Assembly: GCA_052246995.1 (NCBI GenBank)
Contig: JBQPWD010000002.1
Location: 32,001-96,000 of the forward strand
Source of the DNA: Candidatus Bathyarchaeota archaeon
GTDB taxonomy: Archaea; Thermoproteota; Bathyarchaeia; Hecatellales; Hecatellaceae
Direction of reading: 5' to 3'
DNA length: 64,000 nucleotides
The notes below the pieces were generated by a model. It searched no databases. It worked only from the letters and a program-made list of their open reading frames with translations, and was not told the origin of the DNA. The translations under genes and the position numbers were made by a program. This document shows positions 48,701 through 57,150 of this stretch, piece after piece; the stretch's first letter is position 1; each line of letters begins with the position of its first letter.

Positions 48701-49075
48701 ACAGCCAAGATAGGTGTTCCTGTAATTGCCAAACCCATAATCGCGGGCACACCTGTAGCCGCAGACCCAACCACAGGTGAACCGTTAACAGAGGTTGCGG
48801 CTGGAAGCATGGTTCTAATTTCAACAGCCATGACAAACACTGCGGAGGAAGACGTATCCATGCTTTACATTGTACAGGTTAAGGATGCAGCTGGACATGT
48901 GGTCTTCCTAAGCTTTATAAGTGGAACAGTCCCGGCAGGAAAAACCTACACCATGGGTATAAGCTGGACACCTACAGCCCCAGGAACCTACACCGTTGAA
49001 GTCTTTGCATGGAGAAGCTGGGATGAACCTGCACCACTATCAGATGTTGCAACAGCAACAATAACGGTAGTGTAA
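45731..49075 (+). CDS. Large Ig-repeat surface glycoprotein, probable S-layer canopy protein (SlaA-like)
   Basis: Signal peptide; about 8 repeats of xDRxxY..ITVTDPDxN....ETGxNTGxFxG; no C-terminal TM; codon usage visibly differs from neighbours. Confidence 0.8.
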   Translation: MNHVLQNKTLATITTLILIISTLATLTPLLVAHGAAGTITASQSTFSAKVLLQITVTDPDVAEKASEQLVSIRTEYTDKNEGSQVVYLNASQVVGGQWVCWVRPTDSAPTTPGNPPPFWYEDETYATNLLPKEPKSDTDVKFIYFDASENQERVVTVTYKEVKGSISLDRTAYPMQGKVYITVTDPDMNVDPTTVDEISATNVILDVAGLWQENVKLTETGPNTQTFKGSTILPVNPPYYTYAMPGQRITVTYSDPKGDVTAYAIVTVSTAEVSLDKAVYMVNDTAKITLVEPDLNKDSDKAEYVEVTVKSDKLGGCLYVKLDETGKNTGRFTGTFKFAIEPTPGRLNVTAKDKVIVEYTDPLTATGDRSVLRTAKADFTTNTGVVSLDRTVYSPNMMGYITVVDPDMNVNPDAIDYLGTPVAQSLVTVNSVKADGTTVDTEKVLMTEYGGTNTGIFVGRFKTSTTTSAPGNIPTVQVSIGGKIKVTYTDPITADGETNKAISKEASIRATTGTVELGRPVYSPNVQVTVRITDPDLNLDVYSKDKIVVGKVGDKWQLNITNNIVPPGVTLGEYTEAPVVLYSTGWDGTSITNIEETDVNTGIFEKVVNAHIGNVKAGETLYFKYIDPANEIGVQEPVVASARLDTFTGTLTIDKSVYKVGEKVKITVVDPDMNKDPKAKDKITDRVTIKSDTSPGGLTVELTETDKDTDTFTGEVKLVTGTPGTGELKVSRGDTVTVTYEDQETAGGGGKLKITASAKVYSSDGKIELDRSSYSPYGTVKITVTDPDMNADSAVVDSIAKDRIRIYTTSDPYGIEVTLKETDVDTGIFEEYVKLGDKTDEAAKMLKASHGDGLTAVYTEEADAAGKKDVARMVTAKVSYVTAKISFDKSFYLINETAKITLVEPDENKDAKLENSVQITVTSTTDPAGIRISLTETGKDTGIFEGSLTFTTGPSTGTMLKVTKGDTITAIYDDRSIEDYPTVTVKRVTATAKIGVPVIAKPIIAGTPVAADPTTGEPLTEVAAGSMVLISTAMTNTAEEDVSMLYIVQVKDAAGHVVFLSFISGTVPAGKTYTMGISWTPTAPGTYTVEVFAWRSWDEPAPLSDVATATITVV

Positions 49076-49081
49076 TACAAC

Positions 49082-49870
49082 ATGAAGAGGTGCCAAACAA
49101 TGTACACCCTACAAAAAACAACACCAATATTTTTTGTTTTAATGTTAACATTGGCAGCGTTGGCGGTTATACCCTTAGCTTCAGCATCACCAATAACAGT
49201 TAAACCTGAAAAAGACTCCTACAACGCTGGTGAAACATTAAACGTCAGCGGAACAGCCTCAGCTGGAGCCTCGGTGTCAATCCAGCTTTTCAACCCAGAC
49301 GTTAAAATAGTAGCTGTAGCCCAAGCTGAAGCCGATACAACAGGAAAATATAGTGTTAAAGGAGTTTACACGTTTGGTGTTGGAGACAAATCTGGAACAT
49401 GGACAGTTAAGGCTTACGACCCTGTAACAGGTGAATGGGCTGAATACAAGCTTACACTTGGAGTTATAATAACTCCTCCACCAACAACGTTAGAAGGACG
49501 TGTCGCCGAACTTGAGAAAAAAGTAGCCGCACTGGAAAATCAGGTATCAGACCTATCCAACACGGTTAAAACCCTGACAAGTAAGGTTGCAAGCTTAGAA
49601 GCAACAATATCAACCCTACAGTCTAAGGTTGCAAGCTTAGAAGGTAAAGTTACAACTTTAGAGGGAGCAGTTACCAAACTTTCAACCAGCGTTACCGAAC
49701 TTGGAAACGCTGTTCAAGCCTTAGCTGGAGCCGTAACAATGATGTATGTAGCGTTAATCCTTGCAATAATAGCAATCATCCTTGCAGTAATATGCCTAGT
49801 AATGATTAGAAGAATTGTTGCAGCTGCAAAAGCACTCCTAGCACCAAAAGCACCTGAAAAAACAGCTTAA
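49082..49870 (+). CDS. S-layer anchor-like protein (SlaB-like: Ig domain, coiled coil, TM)
   Basis: Signal peptide, one Ig-like domain, heptad repeats (KVASLE twice), C-terminal TM. Confidence 0.75.
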   Translation: MKRCQTMYTLQKTTPIFFVLMLTLAALAVIPLASASPITVKPEKDSYNAGETLNVSGTASAGASVSIQLFNPDVKIVAVAQAEADTTGKYSVKGVYTFGVGDKSGTWTVKAYDPVTGEWAEYKLTLGVIITPPPTTLEGRVAELEKKVAALENQVSDLSNTVKTLTSKVASLEATISTLQSKVASLEGKVTTLEGAVTKLSTSVTELGNAVQALAGAVTMMYVALILAIIAIILAVICLVMIRRIVAAAKALLAPKAPEKTA

Positions 49871-49882
49871 AGGAAAATGTAA

Positions 49883-50971
49883 ATGGAAAAACTTAAACCT
49901 AAACAAAAATTTTTTTTACCTGTTTTTACTCTTATCACGCTTACATTTATCCTGCTTTTATTAACATCCCCATCAGTTTTAGCCTACACAAGCACAATCA
50001 TAATTGAAACAAATAAACAGTACTATAAGCTTGACGACCCCCTCCTAGTTAGCGGGGTAGCCTCACCCTACTCATCCTTAACAATACAGTTAATCAACCC
50101 TAAAGGTGAAAGAACAGCCATAGCTCAAGTTGAAGCTGACAGTAGAGGATGGTGGGGTCCTGTAGACATCTACCGCTTCTCAGCCAGAGATGTCGAGGGA
50201 GAATGGGTAATAAAGGTTTACCATGAAGGATGGTTTAACAAAACAGTATTTTTAGATCTATCCCCACCAACAATAAGCATCCTACTAAGCCCTGAAAAGA
50301 AAATCTACAAAGATGAAGTTTTAACCATAATTATCTCTGGAAATGAAAGACTTGGAAAGGTAGTGGTAAACGTAACCCAAGCCAACCTTCCACAAAAAAG
50401 CCCAGACGTATCCAGCGTAGACGGGAAAACATGGATTGCAAGATACCATATCCAGCCAGGTTTTGAAGGAATATCAACAATCAAAGTATACGCTGAGGAC
50501 TTAGCAGGACATCCTGCAACATCAACCATAATCTTTAACGTTGACACAACCCCACCAAAAGTAGCAATAACAGAAATACCCGCAAAAACAGAATCAGCGT
50601 TAATCAAAGTTAAAGGAACAGTTAACGAACCTGTAAACTATGTTGAAATTTTCACTCCAGGTTTAACACCTGTAAAAACACCTGTCAACATAAAAACCCT
50701 AACATGGGAAGCTGAACTTCCCCTCTCCACAAGAGGAGACAACATAATTAGGGTTGTAGCTGTTGATGAAGCTGGAAACATAGGAGAAGACTCAAAAGTT
50801 GTCTACTACGTTGAACCTTTAGAGGTTGTTAAAAACGAAATTAAAACTTTACGAGAAGACATAAACATACTTAAAATATTCATACTTACAGCAGCAGCAT
50901 TATCAATACTGGCAGCAGCATTCTCAATAATCTCAGTAATAACAATAACCAGAAGAATAGTTGTAAAGTAG
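49883..50971 (+). CDS. Second membrane-anchored Ig-domain surface protein
   Basis: Signal peptide, Ig domain similar to 49082, DTTPP and AVDEAGN motifs, short coil and C-terminal TM. Confidence 0.75.
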   Translation: MEKLKPKQKFFLPVFTLITLTFILLLLTSPSVLAYTSTIIIETNKQYYKLDDPLLVSGVASPYSSLTIQLINPKGERTAIAQVEADSRGWWGPVDIYRFSARDVEGEWVIKVYHEGWFNKTVFLDLSPPTISILLSPEKKIYKDEVLTIIISGNERLGKVVVNVTQANLPQKSPDVSSVDGKTWIARYHIQPGFEGISTIKVYAEDLAGHPATSTIIFNVDTTPPKVAITEIPAKTESALIKVKGTVNEPVNYVEIFTPGLTPVKTPVNIKTLTWEAELPLSTRGDNIIRVVAVDEAGNIGEDSKVVYYVEPLEVVKNEIKTLREDINILKIFILTAAALSILAAAFSIISVITITRRIVVK

Positions 50972-51068
50972 TGCTTTTTACGTAAAACACAATATATTAT
51001 AATAGTATGCTGTATACTGCAAACCCTAAACAACTAAAACTTTTTTAAGATGAACAGTTAGTTTTTAT

Positions 51069-51269
51069 TTGGTGGTTAAAATGAAAACCCACTCAGAAGA
51101 GCAAGTGGAACAAGTCAAGTCACTTCTTAGAAAAGGCAAAACATACGAGGAAATTGCTAAAGAATGTAACCTACCACCAGAAACCGTAAAAAAGTATATT
51201 AAAAATATTATAGAAGAAGAATTTTCCGAGGAAGATGTAAAGCTCAGTTTTGAAAGCTGCTGCCACTAA
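51069..51269 (+). CDS. Small HTH protein with C-terminal CCH
   Basis: GKTYEEIAKECNLPPETVKKY helix-turn-helix. Confidence 0.7.
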   Translation: MVVKMKTHSEEQVEQVKSLLRKGKTYEEIAKECNLPPETVKKYIKNIIEEEFSEEDVKLSFESCCH

Positions 51270-51451
51270 ACTTTTTTTAAACTTTAAATTCCAGTTACAA
51301 ACAACATTCCACATCTTTTAAATTCCCTTTTACCAGGTTGACCTCCAAGTCAAACAACTTAAATGTAACAGCTTTATGAAAGCCTAAACTTGAAGTAAAC
51401 CAGTTAAGAAAAACTTAGACAGGTTGCACATAGATTTCTACCTAACTAAAA

Positions 51452-52087
51452 CTAACTTAACAGCCTAACTATGTTACGCATATCTCCTCCTAACACTCCC
51501 AGATTTAACTTGGACGTTGTATATTGCTGTTTAACTTTTTTTCCAAGATAGATTTTAACAACCTCAGGTAAAATCTCATCCAAAATTTTCTTTGATGGTA
51601 AACCGTAAATTAAACCTTTACAAAACGTGTCAACATAAATGTAAAAGTTTAACCCGTTATGGCTGTAGCATGCAAACTCCCCGTAACCATAAACAGGCTT
51701 TTCCTTAACGTAAAACGGCCAAAGCATACATGCCCTAGGCTTAATAGACTGTAACCCGCAAATCCACCTACCACCAATTCTGCGAAGAAAAACACATGAA
51801 CCATCAACCCCCCTCCTTAAAACAAGCTTTCCAAGACTAGAAACTACAACATCACCATAAATCCTAGTAATCCTTAACCACTCATCAACACTAAGATTAA
51901 CATTATACTTTCTACAACAATCACCACAATTTACACACTCCCAGCTATAAATAAAACGCCAAGGTATAAACCCGCTTGAGGCTTTCAAAACCCTTGGAAA
52001 AATAAGCCAAAAATTTCCAACAAAACCTTGATTTTCAAAACCCAGCCTGTTAACGTTAAAAAAAGCCTTCAACCCGTCAACCGCCAC
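51452..52087 (-). CDS. YkgJ-family (Zn/Fe-chelating) cysteine-cluster protein; true start probably near 51990
   Basis: CxxCGDCC, CVFL, C and KPRACMLWPF motifs. Confidence 0.85.
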   Translation of the reverse strand: MAVDGLKAFFNVNRLGFENQGFVGNFWLIFPRVLKASSGFIPWRFIYSWECVNCGDCCRKYNVNLSVDEWLRITRIYGDVVVSSLGKLVLRRGVDGSCVFLRRIGGRWICGLQSIKPRACMLWPFYVKEKPVYGYGEFACYSHNGLNFYIYVDTFCKGLIYGLPSKKILDEILPEVVKIYLGKKVKQQYTTSKLNLGVLGGDMRNIVRLLS

Positions 52088-52149
52088 CGGATAGTTAACA
52101 TTTTATTAACTATCCGCTTCACCTCAGCCTTTAAGGCTTCATGGCGGTT
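52079..52149. other. Predicted three-way-junction RNA structure
   Basis: AACCGCCA/TGGCGGTT closing stem, perfect 11-bp hairpin 52088-52116, 5-bp hairpin 52126-52138. Confidence 0.45.
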
Positions 52150-52245
52150 TTTAATTCAACTCTTCAACAAAATAGCCTTAAAACCATATAAAGTTAACTA
52201 CTCAAAAACCCTCAGCATGAGGAAATTTTACACCTTAAAAAAGCT

Positions 52246-52275
52246 TATGAAACTCTTTTGGAATGTAGATTCTCA
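52246..52275 (-). repeat. 30-bp dispersed repeat, copy 2
   Basis: Minus strand TGAGAATCTACATTCCAAAAGAGTTTCATA; 28/30 identical to 40973-41002. Confidence 0.85.
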
Positions 52276-52375
52276 TGCTTTTTAAACTGGTTGACGCTTA
52301 CAAATTTACCCATTTCCAGCTTTTTTAGCTATTTTGGCTATTTGGCGAATTGGCTACGGATTCTTGAAAGGATAA

Positions 52376-52738
52376 TCAGAATGCTAGTAATGCTTCAACT
52401 TTCTTAAGCTGTCTTGTTACAGGGTCTACTTCAAGCCTTAAACCCTTAAGTGCATCAACACCTAAAACTTCAGCATCTTCACTCTCGGCGAAAACAACTA
52501 TTCTTGTAGCTTTCTCACCTAAACATTCAACCACAGCCTCACCAATTTCACGCTCAATCACCCTACCCTCAATAGTCTTAAACTTCCATTTTGATGTTGA
52601 TTTTATGTCAAGTTTTTCAAGTTTTTCACGCTTAACCCAGCTGTACGCGCTACCAGTATCCACCAACAACTCTAAATCTAAAGATTTAGACACCTCATAA
52701 GGATTGTAGAGTTTAACTTTAGCTGTTGTATGTCCCAT
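52376..52738 (-). CDS. Clan AA (retropepsin-like) aspartic protease
   Basis: LVDTGS catalytic motif and VLGVDAL. Confidence 0.85.
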   Translation of the reverse strand: MGHTTAKVKLYNPYEVSKSLDLELLVDTGSAYSWVKREKLEKLDIKSTSKWKFKTIEGRVIEREIGEAVVECLGEKATRIVVFAESEDAEVLGVDALKGLRLEVDPVTRQLKKVEALLAF

Positions 52739-52870
52739 AATACTTCACCTATAAATAGTAATGACATATTTTAAGTTTCATTTCACTCCTTTTGGTTTTT
52801 CGTCACGGCTTGTTGAAGTAAAACAGACATATTTTTATGTTAACTTCCACAAAAAATAGAGTAGAAAGCC

Positions 52871-53440
52871 TTGAATAGAAAATTTTTAGCTGCGCGTGGA
52901 GACCTTGTAGAGAAGATTAAATACCTTGCTAAAAAAAGAAACTTAACATTGTACTCTGTTGTAAACGAAATCTTAGAACAGTCTTTAAAGTTAGAAGCTA
53001 CAGGTAAAACTCTTTCACAAGTTATTGAGGAATACAACATAGTTAAGGCTGTTAAAGATGCAGGCTTCATCCTAACACCTAGAATACTATGGTATGAGCT
53101 TCTAAAAAAACAGGATAATTTAAACATCACCAAATTTTGGAGTGAAACTGGAGAATGGTTTGGAAAATACTGTAAAACAGTTTTCCCCCAAGAAGATATA
53201 CAAAAACTTTTAGAGAAAGTTATCAGCATAGTTTTCTGGGACCTTTCAGAGTGTATTTTAAAAATGGATGGTGAAAAAGCTTTAATCCGATGTATAAGCT
53301 CAAACTACTCAGAACTTCAAACAAACATTTTATGGGCCTTCCTTTCAGGAATGATGAAGGCTTTCAACTATAAAGCGTTAAAAACCGAGGTAGTTAAAGG
53401 AATTGTTGCCGCAACCTTTGTAAGAGAAATAGGTGGATAG
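52871..53440 (+). CDS. Ribbon-helix-helix protein with V4R-like C-terminal domain, paralog 1
   Basis: KFLAARGDLVEKIKYLAKKRNLTLYSVVNEILE RHH pattern; W..TGEWFGKY. Confidence 0.6.
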   Translation: MNRKFLAARGDLVEKIKYLAKKRNLTLYSVVNEILEQSLKLEATGKTLSQVIEEYNIVKAVKDAGFILTPRILWYELLKKQDNLNITKFWSETGEWFGKYCKTVFPQEDIQKLLEKVISIVFWDLSECILKMDGEKALIRCISSNYSELQTNILWAFLSGMMKAFNYKALKTEVVKGIVAATFVREIGG

Positions 53441-54059
53441 GGAAGTGTCAACATCAAAAAAGTTTGTTGCTGTACGAGGAGACCTTTTACAAAAAATAAT
53501 TGAAATATCCAACAGGAAAGGTAAAACTGTTTATGGATTTGTAAATGAAATGTTTGAACAGGCAATAAAAGCTGAAGAACTTGATTCAACCCTACCTGAA
53601 ATTGTGGATTTTTACGTTTTAGTTAAAGCTTTAAGAAAAGCTGGAGCAGCACTCATCTTCTCAGACATTTTAAACTACTCCATAAAAAGGTTGTATGAGG
53701 TTGAAAAGGAAAAGCTTTTAAAAAGCTGGTTTTCCTCAGGTTTATGGTATGGAAAATTTTTAAAAGCAAAATTTCAAGAACCACTAGAAGTTTTAAAAAA
53801 GGTTTTAACAAGCCTCTTCTTCTTTGAAATCTCTGAAGTTGAATTTTTAAACACTGGTGGAAACAAGTTTACCCTTAAAGTTATCTCTCCAAACCAGCCT
53901 CAAGAAAACACTGAGCTTTTATCAAGCTTTCTTGAAGGATTTTTAGACGCATTAGAATTTAACATCTTAAACAGGGATTGCTGGCGTGGTATAATAGTTT
54001 TTGAAGTTGAAAAAAGAACAAAACTTTCAGAAATGGGCCTCACAGACATGGAAGAATAA
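53433..54059 (+). CDS. Ribbon-helix-helix protein with V4R-like C-terminal domain, paralog 2
   Basis: KKFVAVRGDLLQKIIEISNRKGKTVYGFVNEMFE; W..SGLWYGKF; similar to 52871 along its length. Confidence 0.6.
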   Translation: MDREVSTSKKFVAVRGDLLQKIIEISNRKGKTVYGFVNEMFEQAIKAEELDSTLPEIVDFYVLVKALRKAGAALIFSDILNYSIKRLYEVEKEKLLKSWFSSGLWYGKFLKAKFQEPLEVLKKVLTSLFFFEISEVEFLNTGGNKFTLKVISPNQPQENTELLSSFLEGFLDALEFNILNRDCWRGIIVFEVEKRTKLSEMGLTDMEE

Positions 54060-54296
54060 GCTTTCCAACATGTTAAAAGATAGTTACATATAAATCAAAC
54101 TTTCATTCAAACCTCACCTAAAATTGAATTGACACCATTTTTTTCAAGTTTAAAGTTAAACTTTACCTGTAAAATTTCTCAAACATTTTACCCTTATTTT
54201 AACTAAAAAAATTTACAAGCTTAATAGAGTTTTAAGTTAACTATTTAAATGCGCAACTTACAGCTTAAAAAGTTAACCTAAAGTGGAGGGTTAACA

Positions 54297-54947
54297 TTGA
54301 CAAAGCTAACAAAAAACTGGGAAAAAGAATCTCAAGAATCCATTATTAAAAAGATAGGTGAAAAAATACACCATAAAAAAGAGTCCCTCAGGGAAAGAAT
54401 AGAGTATGTTTTATGGAAGCTTAAAACTCAGCATGAAAAACTTGAACAAGCATTAACAAGAATGCAAAACCATGATAAAGAGCTTTTCGAAAAATGTGTA
54501 AAAGCTGAACTTTCAAGAGACCATGCCCGTGCAACAATCTACGCTAATGAATGCGCTGAAGTCAGAAAAATGGCTAGAATAATGATTTTAAGCCAACTTG
54601 CACTGGAAAAAGTTATGCTAAGACTTGAAACAGTTAAAGAGTTTGGTGAAACATTAAAAGAAATAGCTCCAGTTTCAGGTGTAATCCACAACATTAAAGG
54701 TAGACTTTCAGGAATCATCCCCGAAGTATCATATGAGCTTGGAGCTATAAGCGAAATGCTGGATGGAATGGTTACTGAGGTTGGTGAAGCCTCAGGAGTA
54801 ACAATACCGTTTAAAGCTGAAAACGAGGAGTCAAAAAGAATACTTGAAGAGGCCTCAGCTGTTGTTGAACAGAAAATGAAGGAAAAGTTTCCAGAAACAC
54901 CACCAATCTACAAAGAACCCTCAACCAGCAGCTTACATCTAACATAA
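54297..54947 (+). CDS. cdvB1: ESCRT-III paralog without winged helix (CdvB1/B2-like)
   Basis: Snf7 core RATIYANECAEVRKM..LEKVMLRLETV; MIM2-like FPETPP. Confidence 0.85.
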   Translation: MTKLTKNWEKESQESIIKKIGEKIHHKKESLRERIEYVLWKLKTQHEKLEQALTRMQNHDKELFEKCVKAELSRDHARATIYANECAEVRKMARIMILSQLALEKVMLRLETVKEFGETLKEIAPVSGVIHNIKGRLSGIIPEVSYELGAISEMLDGMVTEVGEASGVTIPFKAENEESKRILEEASAVVEQKMKEKFPETPPIYKEPSTSSLHLT

Positions 54948-54960
54948 CGGCTGGTGGAGG

Positions 54961-55905
54961 ATGAAGTATCCCCGTAAAATTTTTAAAAATATTTTGGAGG
55001 TTTTTGGTAAAATGCGTTTTCACTTTAGCTTCTCAAGAACACCCTTAAAGGAGAAAATTTCTCAGGCAATTTTTAGGCTTGAAACCCAGCTAAACAAGCT
55101 TGAACAATCAGCCTCAAAACTTCATCAAAGAGATAGAGAAATGTTTGAGAGATGTATTGGTGCTAAAGCCTCGGGGGACGATGCACGTGCAACAATGTAT
55201 GCTAACGAATGTGTTGAAATCAGAAAAATAGCAAAGATTATACTTGCATCACAACTTGCAATAGAAAAAGTTATCCTTAGACTTAGAACAGTTGAAGACG
55301 TTGGAGACCTTTTAAATCAAATGTCCCCTGTGGCTGGAATAATAAAGGAAACAAGAAACAAGCTTAAGGGGATTGTTCCAGAAGTAGCTTATGAGCTTGA
55401 AGAAATAAACAACATGCTTGGAAACACCATAATAGAGGCTGGAAAAGCCCCGTTAGAGGAGGCAGCATCAGAGGTTACGTCAGACGAGGCTAAAAAAATT
55501 CTTGCTGAAGCAGCAACAATAGCTGAGCAAAAAATGGGTGAAATCTATCCAAAGCTTCCAATACCACCTCAACCTGAACCTAAAGTTGAGAAGCCTGTAG
55601 AGGCTGTATCACAAGCAGCTTCACAACCAATTCAACAGCCTGAACCTCAACAAACAAAACCAACCCCTGAAGAACCTATCAAACCAGTTATGGAAAAGAT
55701 GGTGGAAGAGTCTAAACCTCAGCCATTAAAAGAACTATCCTTAGAAGATTTAGAAAAACTTGAAGGGGAAGTTTTAAACTACATTTACAATCATGGTGGA
55801 GAACTAAGCATAAAAAAATGTGCTGAAACTTTAAATGTGGATGTTGAAGACGTTAGAAAAGTGTTGACAAAGCTGGAGAAAGATGGAAAAATAGTTATAG
55901 TTTAG
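54961..55905 (+). CDS. cdvB: ESCRT-III CdvB with C-terminal winged helix
   Basis: Snf7 core, MIM2-like YPKLPIPP, Pro/Gln linker, terminal wH VLNYIYNHGGELSIKKCAETLNV. Confidence 0.9.
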   Translation: MKYPRKIFKNILEVFGKMRFHFSFSRTPLKEKISQAIFRLETQLNKLEQSASKLHQRDREMFERCIGAKASGDDARATMYANECVEIRKIAKIILASQLAIEKVILRLRTVEDVGDLLNQMSPVAGIIKETRNKLKGIVPEVAYELEEINNMLGNTIIEAGKAPLEEAASEVTSDEAKKILAEAATIAEQKMGEIYPKLPIPPQPEPKVEKPVEAVSQAASQPIQQPEPQQTKPTPEEPIKPVMEKMVEESKPQPLKELSLEDLEKLEGEVLNYIYNHGGELSIKKCAETLNVDVEDVRKVLTKLEKDGKIVIV

Positions 55906-55948
55906 GCATATGCAAAAAGGAAAAATAGGCTGTTAGGGTAAGGGCGGG

Positions 55949-57073
55949 ATGAACGGGCTTACCGAGCTTGAAAAGTATGCCTTAAACTATGCTAATGAAG
56001 CTGTTAAACTTGACCGTCAAGGTTTAAAAAACCAGGCTGTTGAGAAGTATCAAAAAGCTGTTGAAGTTTTACTTAAAATTTGCAACCTTTACCCTAACAC
56101 TCCTCAAAGCAGAATATACCTTAAATATGTTGAATCTTACAAACGTAGAATAGAAGATATCAAGGGAAACCATGAAGAGGAGCTGGAAACATCAAACATA
56201 GATAAAGAAAAAGTTGTACTACAAACAGAAAAGCCAGGTGTAAAGTGGAACGAAATAGCGAACCTTGAAGAAGCAAAAAAAGCAATTCAAGAAGCAATAA
56301 TCTACCCTGTTAAAAGACCAGACCTTTTCCCTCTGGGATGGCCTAGAGGAATCCTACTTTTTGGCCCTCCAGGTTGCGGTAAAACTTTGCTTGCAGCTGC
56401 GGTTGCAAGCGAGATTGATGCAAACTTTTACTCTGTTGATGCAGCGTCAGTAATGTCTAAATGGCTTGGAGAATCTGAAAAAAACGTTGCAGCACTTTTT
56501 ACAGAAGCAAGAAAGTCTGCTGAAAACGGTAAACCTTCGATAATATTTGTTGATGAAGTTGACTCTTTAACAAGAACCTTCTCAACAGAGGTTGGAGGTG
56601 AAACTAGGGTTAGAAACCAATTTCTCAAAGAAATGGATGGAATAAACGACAAAAACAGAAAACATTTTGTCTACGTTATTGCAGCCACAAACAAACCATG
56701 GCTTCTAGACGAACCCTTTATCAGAAGATTCCAAAAAAGAATTCTCATCCCGCCTCCAGATTATCATGCCCGCCTAGAAATGTTTAAAATTTACGGTAAA
56801 GACCTAAACTTATCACCAAACGTGGATTTCATGGAGCTTGCAAGAAAAACTGAAGGTTACAATGGAAGTGATATAAGAGACATCTTCCAAACAGTTCAAC
56901 TTAAAGTTGTAAGAGAATTTTTTAACAACCAAAAAGCCGACGACCCCAACCTAAAACCAAGACCAATTCAAATGGAAGACTTTCTAGAAATTATTGAAAA
57001 AAGAAAACCAAGCATCTCACAAGAAATGTTAAAACAATATGTTAACTGGTTTGAAAAGTTTAAAGCCCTATAA
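55949..57073 (+). CDS. cdvC: CdvC/Vps4 AAA ATPase
   Basis: MIT domain, RPDLFPLGWPRGILLFGPPGCGKT, FVDEVD, RRFQKR, terminal FKAL. Confidence 0.95.
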   Translation: MNGLTELEKYALNYANEAVKLDRQGLKNQAVEKYQKAVEVLLKICNLYPNTPQSRIYLKYVESYKRRIEDIKGNHEEELETSNIDKEKVVLQTEKPGVKWNEIANLEEAKKAIQEAIIYPVKRPDLFPLGWPRGILLFGPPGCGKTLLAAAVASEIDANFYSVDAASVMSKWLGESEKNVAALFTEARKSAENGKPSIIFVDEVDSLTRTFSTEVGGETRVRNQFLKEMDGINDKNRKHFVYVIAATNKPWLLDEPFIRRFQKRILIPPPDYHARLEMFKIYGKDLNLSPNVDFMELARKTEGYNGSDIRDIFQTVQLKVVREFFNNQKADDPNLKPRPIQMEDFLEIIEKRKPSISQEMLKQYVNWFEKFKAL

Positions 57074-57150
57074 CCTAAAATTTCTAGGTTTTTAGTTTTT
57101 ACAATTTAACCTTTTAACGTTTAAATTTGGCATAGTTGTAAATTAAAGCT

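Noticed and set aside
45745-48861. Multiple antisense ORFs within the S-layer gene, and similar ones throughout the window
   Set aside because: Shadow frames caused by codon bias; no recognisable motifs.
52079-52149. Hammerhead ribozyme or TPP riboswitch identity for the three-way junction
   Set aside because: Lacks the hammerhead CUGANGA/GAAA core and the TPP UGAGA and pyrophosphate-arm consensus.
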